From the IMG/VR virus record IMGVR_UViG_3300028394_000068: a stretch of DNA of 20,000 bases; one strand, written 5' to 3'. Positions 18,332-20,000 of this stretch are shown here, piece after piece (position 1 is the first letter of the stretch; the number at the start of each line of letters is the position of its first letter). The position numbers and the translations under genes are program-made. The DNA is from an uncultured virus (IMG/VR IMGVR_UViG_3300028394_000068). Taxonomy: Duplodnaviria; Heunggongvirae; Uroviricota; Caudoviricetes. Below the pieces are notes generated by a model. It did no database searches, was not told the origin of the DNA, and saw only the letters and a list, made by a program, of their open reading frames with translations.

Positions 18332-18467
18332 GACAATAATAATTGACGAATTTTATTATTTTTCAAGAATCTTTAGAACCCAATATTCTGAGTTTATTAA
18401 TATGCCAACTTATGTGAGAAAATATTTGATTAATAAATATGTTGAGGATAATAAAAAAACACAATAA
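18303..18467 (+). CDS. gp51-like short reading frame in the +1 frame, overlapping the chaperone end; possibly expressed by frameshift
   Basis: NFFGLSYQYKTIIIDEFYYFSRIFRTQYSEFINMPTYVRKYLINKYVEDNKKTQ*. Open from 18282 with no ATG until MPTY. The E..nMP...R.y pattern resembles T4 gp51-like and GT-type chaperone tails. Confidence 0.6.
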   Translation, partial: NFFGLSYQYKTIIIDEFYYFSRIFRTQYSEFINMPTYVRKYLINKYVEDNKKTQ

Positions 18468-18492
18468 AAGTATTTATTAATTAAACTAATAT

Positions 18493-20000
18493 ATGGGATT
18501 TTTTTTTGGTAATAATACTGGAAATAGTTCGTTAATGGATGATGCGGTAGGAGGAACACTTGCCGATTTTGATAAAAACGCATATACTTTAAATCTTGGA
18601 GCTCTAAAGGAAAAAATTGGAGCTCAATTTGAGGGATTACTTAATTCAATTAATCCATTAGATAGCACTATTTTTGCTGATTTAGAAGAATATGCAAACA
18701 GTGTCCAATCTGCCTTTGGTTTATCTAAAGAAAGAGTTGACGAGTTTAAAACTACTATTGCTAACGCAGCCCCTGAATTAGCCAAATTAGGTCTTCAAGA
18801 CGCCGATATCTCCAACAACTTAATAAAAATTATGCAAGGTCTTGGAGGAGCCGCCAGTGTTAGTAAAGAGGCCATTATTGAGTTAAGTGCAGCAGCAAAA
18901 CTTACTGGTCAAGACGTTGGTACGTTAGCATCTAACTTTAGAGATGTTGGAATTTCCGTTTATGATGTTGGGGAACAAATGAAAACTGTTACTGAGGTTG
19001 CGAGATCGGCCGGAGTTTCTGTTAATGAGGTTTCAGGTAAGGTAATGACCAATTTAGAAAAAATGAATCTTTTTAATTTTGAAAACGGAGTTAAAGGATT
19101 GGCCAAAATGGCGGCACAAGCAGAAAGACTTGGAATTAATATGGCGAAGGTATTTGCTCAAACAGAAAAAGTTATGAATCCAGAAGGAGCAATTGATATG
19201 TCAGCAGCACTACAACGATTAGGTGTGACATCAAGTGGCTTATTAGACCCTTTAAGGGCAATGGATATGTCTCAAAACGACCCTGAACAATTTCAAAAAG
19301 AAATGGTAAATCTTGGTAAAGAATTTACACGTTTTAATGAAAAAACAGGACAGACGGAAATTCTTCCTGGTGCTAAAAGAAGAATGAAAGAAGTCGCAGA
19401 GGCTGTTGGAATGACAGCAGAAGAATTTTCAAAAATGGCACTTAAAAGTTCCGACTTTGAAATGAAACTTAAACAAATTAAAATGCCATCTTTAGGTATT
19501 GATGACGACGAAACTAAAGAAATGATTGCCACAATGGCACAAATGAAAGATGGGGTTGCAACAATCCAAGTTAGAGATAAAGAAACCGGAATAACAACAG
19601 AAAAAAAGGTAGAAGAGTTAACACCCGAAGATATTGAAAATTTAAAAAAGGCAAATGAAGATTCTTCAAAAACCATTGAGGAGTTAGCGTTCAATCAATT
19701 AGACGTTACAACTCAAATTAAAAATTTATTGTCAACTGGAGAGGTAGCCACAAAATTTGCAAAAGCAACAACACCAACCCTAAGTAAATTTTATGGTTTA
19801 GTTGCCGACAGTAAATTAGAAATTGCAAAAGCTTCAGATAATATTTTTGGATCAACCGAAGATATGAGAACAGCAATGGGAGACTTAACAAAACCAGTTG
19901 AGGGAATTATAAAAGGAAAAGTAACTGGTGATGATAATATGGTAAAAACCGAAATAGGAAACTTAGAAACAAATATTTTAAAAACTTTTAATGACTTTAG
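18493..20000 (+). CDS. Putative tape measure protein, 3' truncated by the window, absent from the ORF track
   Basis: ATG 18493 (MGFFFGNNTGNSSLMDDAVGG...) opens a frame that runs to the window end. Ala/Leu/Lys/Glu/Met-rich helical sequence (GLAKMAAQAERLGINM), directly after the tube and chaperone genes. Confidence 0.75.
   Translation, partial: MGFFFGNNTGNSSLMDDAVGGTLADFDKNAYTLNLGALKEKIGAQFEGLLNSINPLDSTIFADLEEYANSVQSAFGLSKERVDEFKTTIANAAPELAKLGLQDADISNNLIKIMQGLGGAASVSKEAIIELSAAAKLTGQDVGTLASNFRDVGISVYDVGEQMKTVTEVARSAGVSVNEVSGKVMTNLEKMNLFNFENGVKGLAKMAAQAERLGINMAKVFAQTEKVMNPEGAIDMSAALQRLGVTSSGLLDPLRAMDMSQNDPEQFQKEMVNLGKEFTRFNEKTGQTEILPGAKRRMKEVAEAVGMTAEEFSKMALKSSDFEMKLKQIKMPSLGIDDDETKEMIATMAQMKDGVATIQVRDKETGITTEKKVEELTPEDIENLKKANEDSSKTIEELAFNQLDVTTQIKNLLSTGEVATKFAKATTPTLSKFYGLVADSKLEIAKASDNIFGSTEDMRTAMGDLTKPVEGIIKGKVTGDDNMVKTEIGNLETNILKTFNDF

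Larger units (their letters stand above)
1..20000. mobile_element. Segment of a large contractile-tailed (myovirus-type) bacteriophage genome
   Basis: Tail sheath, tail tube, neck, tape-measure-like, PolB and SNF2 helicase genes in a gene-dense AT-rich window. No bacterial housekeeping genes or integrase seen. Confidence 0.92.

Noticed and set aside
18301..18339. Canonical -1 frameshift in the chaperone gene
   Set aside because: The -1 frame stops at 18337-18339, adding almost nothing. Only the +1/-2 frame is long.
2775..19694. Antisense or overlapping ORFs in the track (2775-3167, 3915-4109, 5276-5476, 5628-5879, 6502-6702, 8669-8965, 11481-11708, 13723-13929, 16069-16410, 17166-17363, 17773-18147, 18169-18366, 19293-19694)
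   Set aside because: They are shadows of well-supported genes on the opposite strand and have no recognisable motifs.
1..20000. Stop-codon reassignment as in some large phages
   Set aside because: Genes are full length in code 11. TAA, TGA and TAG (helicase) all end ORFs at sensible positions.
1..20000. CRISPR array, tRNA or rRNA genes, DGR repeats
   Set aside because: Intergenic gaps are short, and no repeat-spacer array, cloverleaf, template/variable repeat pair or reverse transcriptase was seen by eye.

Overview
AT-rich segment of a large tailed myophage genome with distantly T4-like structural genes. The host is probably Bacteroidota, because starts lack Shine-Dalgarno motifs and have A-rich leaders. 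Gene order: end of a putative virion/tail-fibre-like protein, two small ORFs, 2OG-Fe(II) oxygenase, family B DNA polymerase. Then a minus-strand block: small ORF, gp13-like neck protein, a three-domain HEXXH-metallopeptidase / Mn-Fe superoxide dismutase / PD-(D/E)XK-like fusion, and an SNF2 helicase. Then a plus-strand tail block: gp14- and gp15-like proteins, tail sheath, HAD phosphatase, tail tube, gp26-like/tail chaperone, and the start of a tape measure protein. Main observations: (1) the SOD tri-domain protein has linkers dense in I/L-x-E motifs, suggesting a protease-processed virion cargo polyprotein; (2) a candidate +1 (or -2) programmed frameshift at TTT_TTT_CGG extends the tail chaperone; (3) an unannotated ribbon-helix-helix gene with a direct-repeat operator is divergent from the sheath gene; (4) a compact hairpin/pseudoknot sits in the polB leader; (5) a TATTTAT motif recurs upstream of starts. 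All family calls come from motif recognition by eye; no searches were run.
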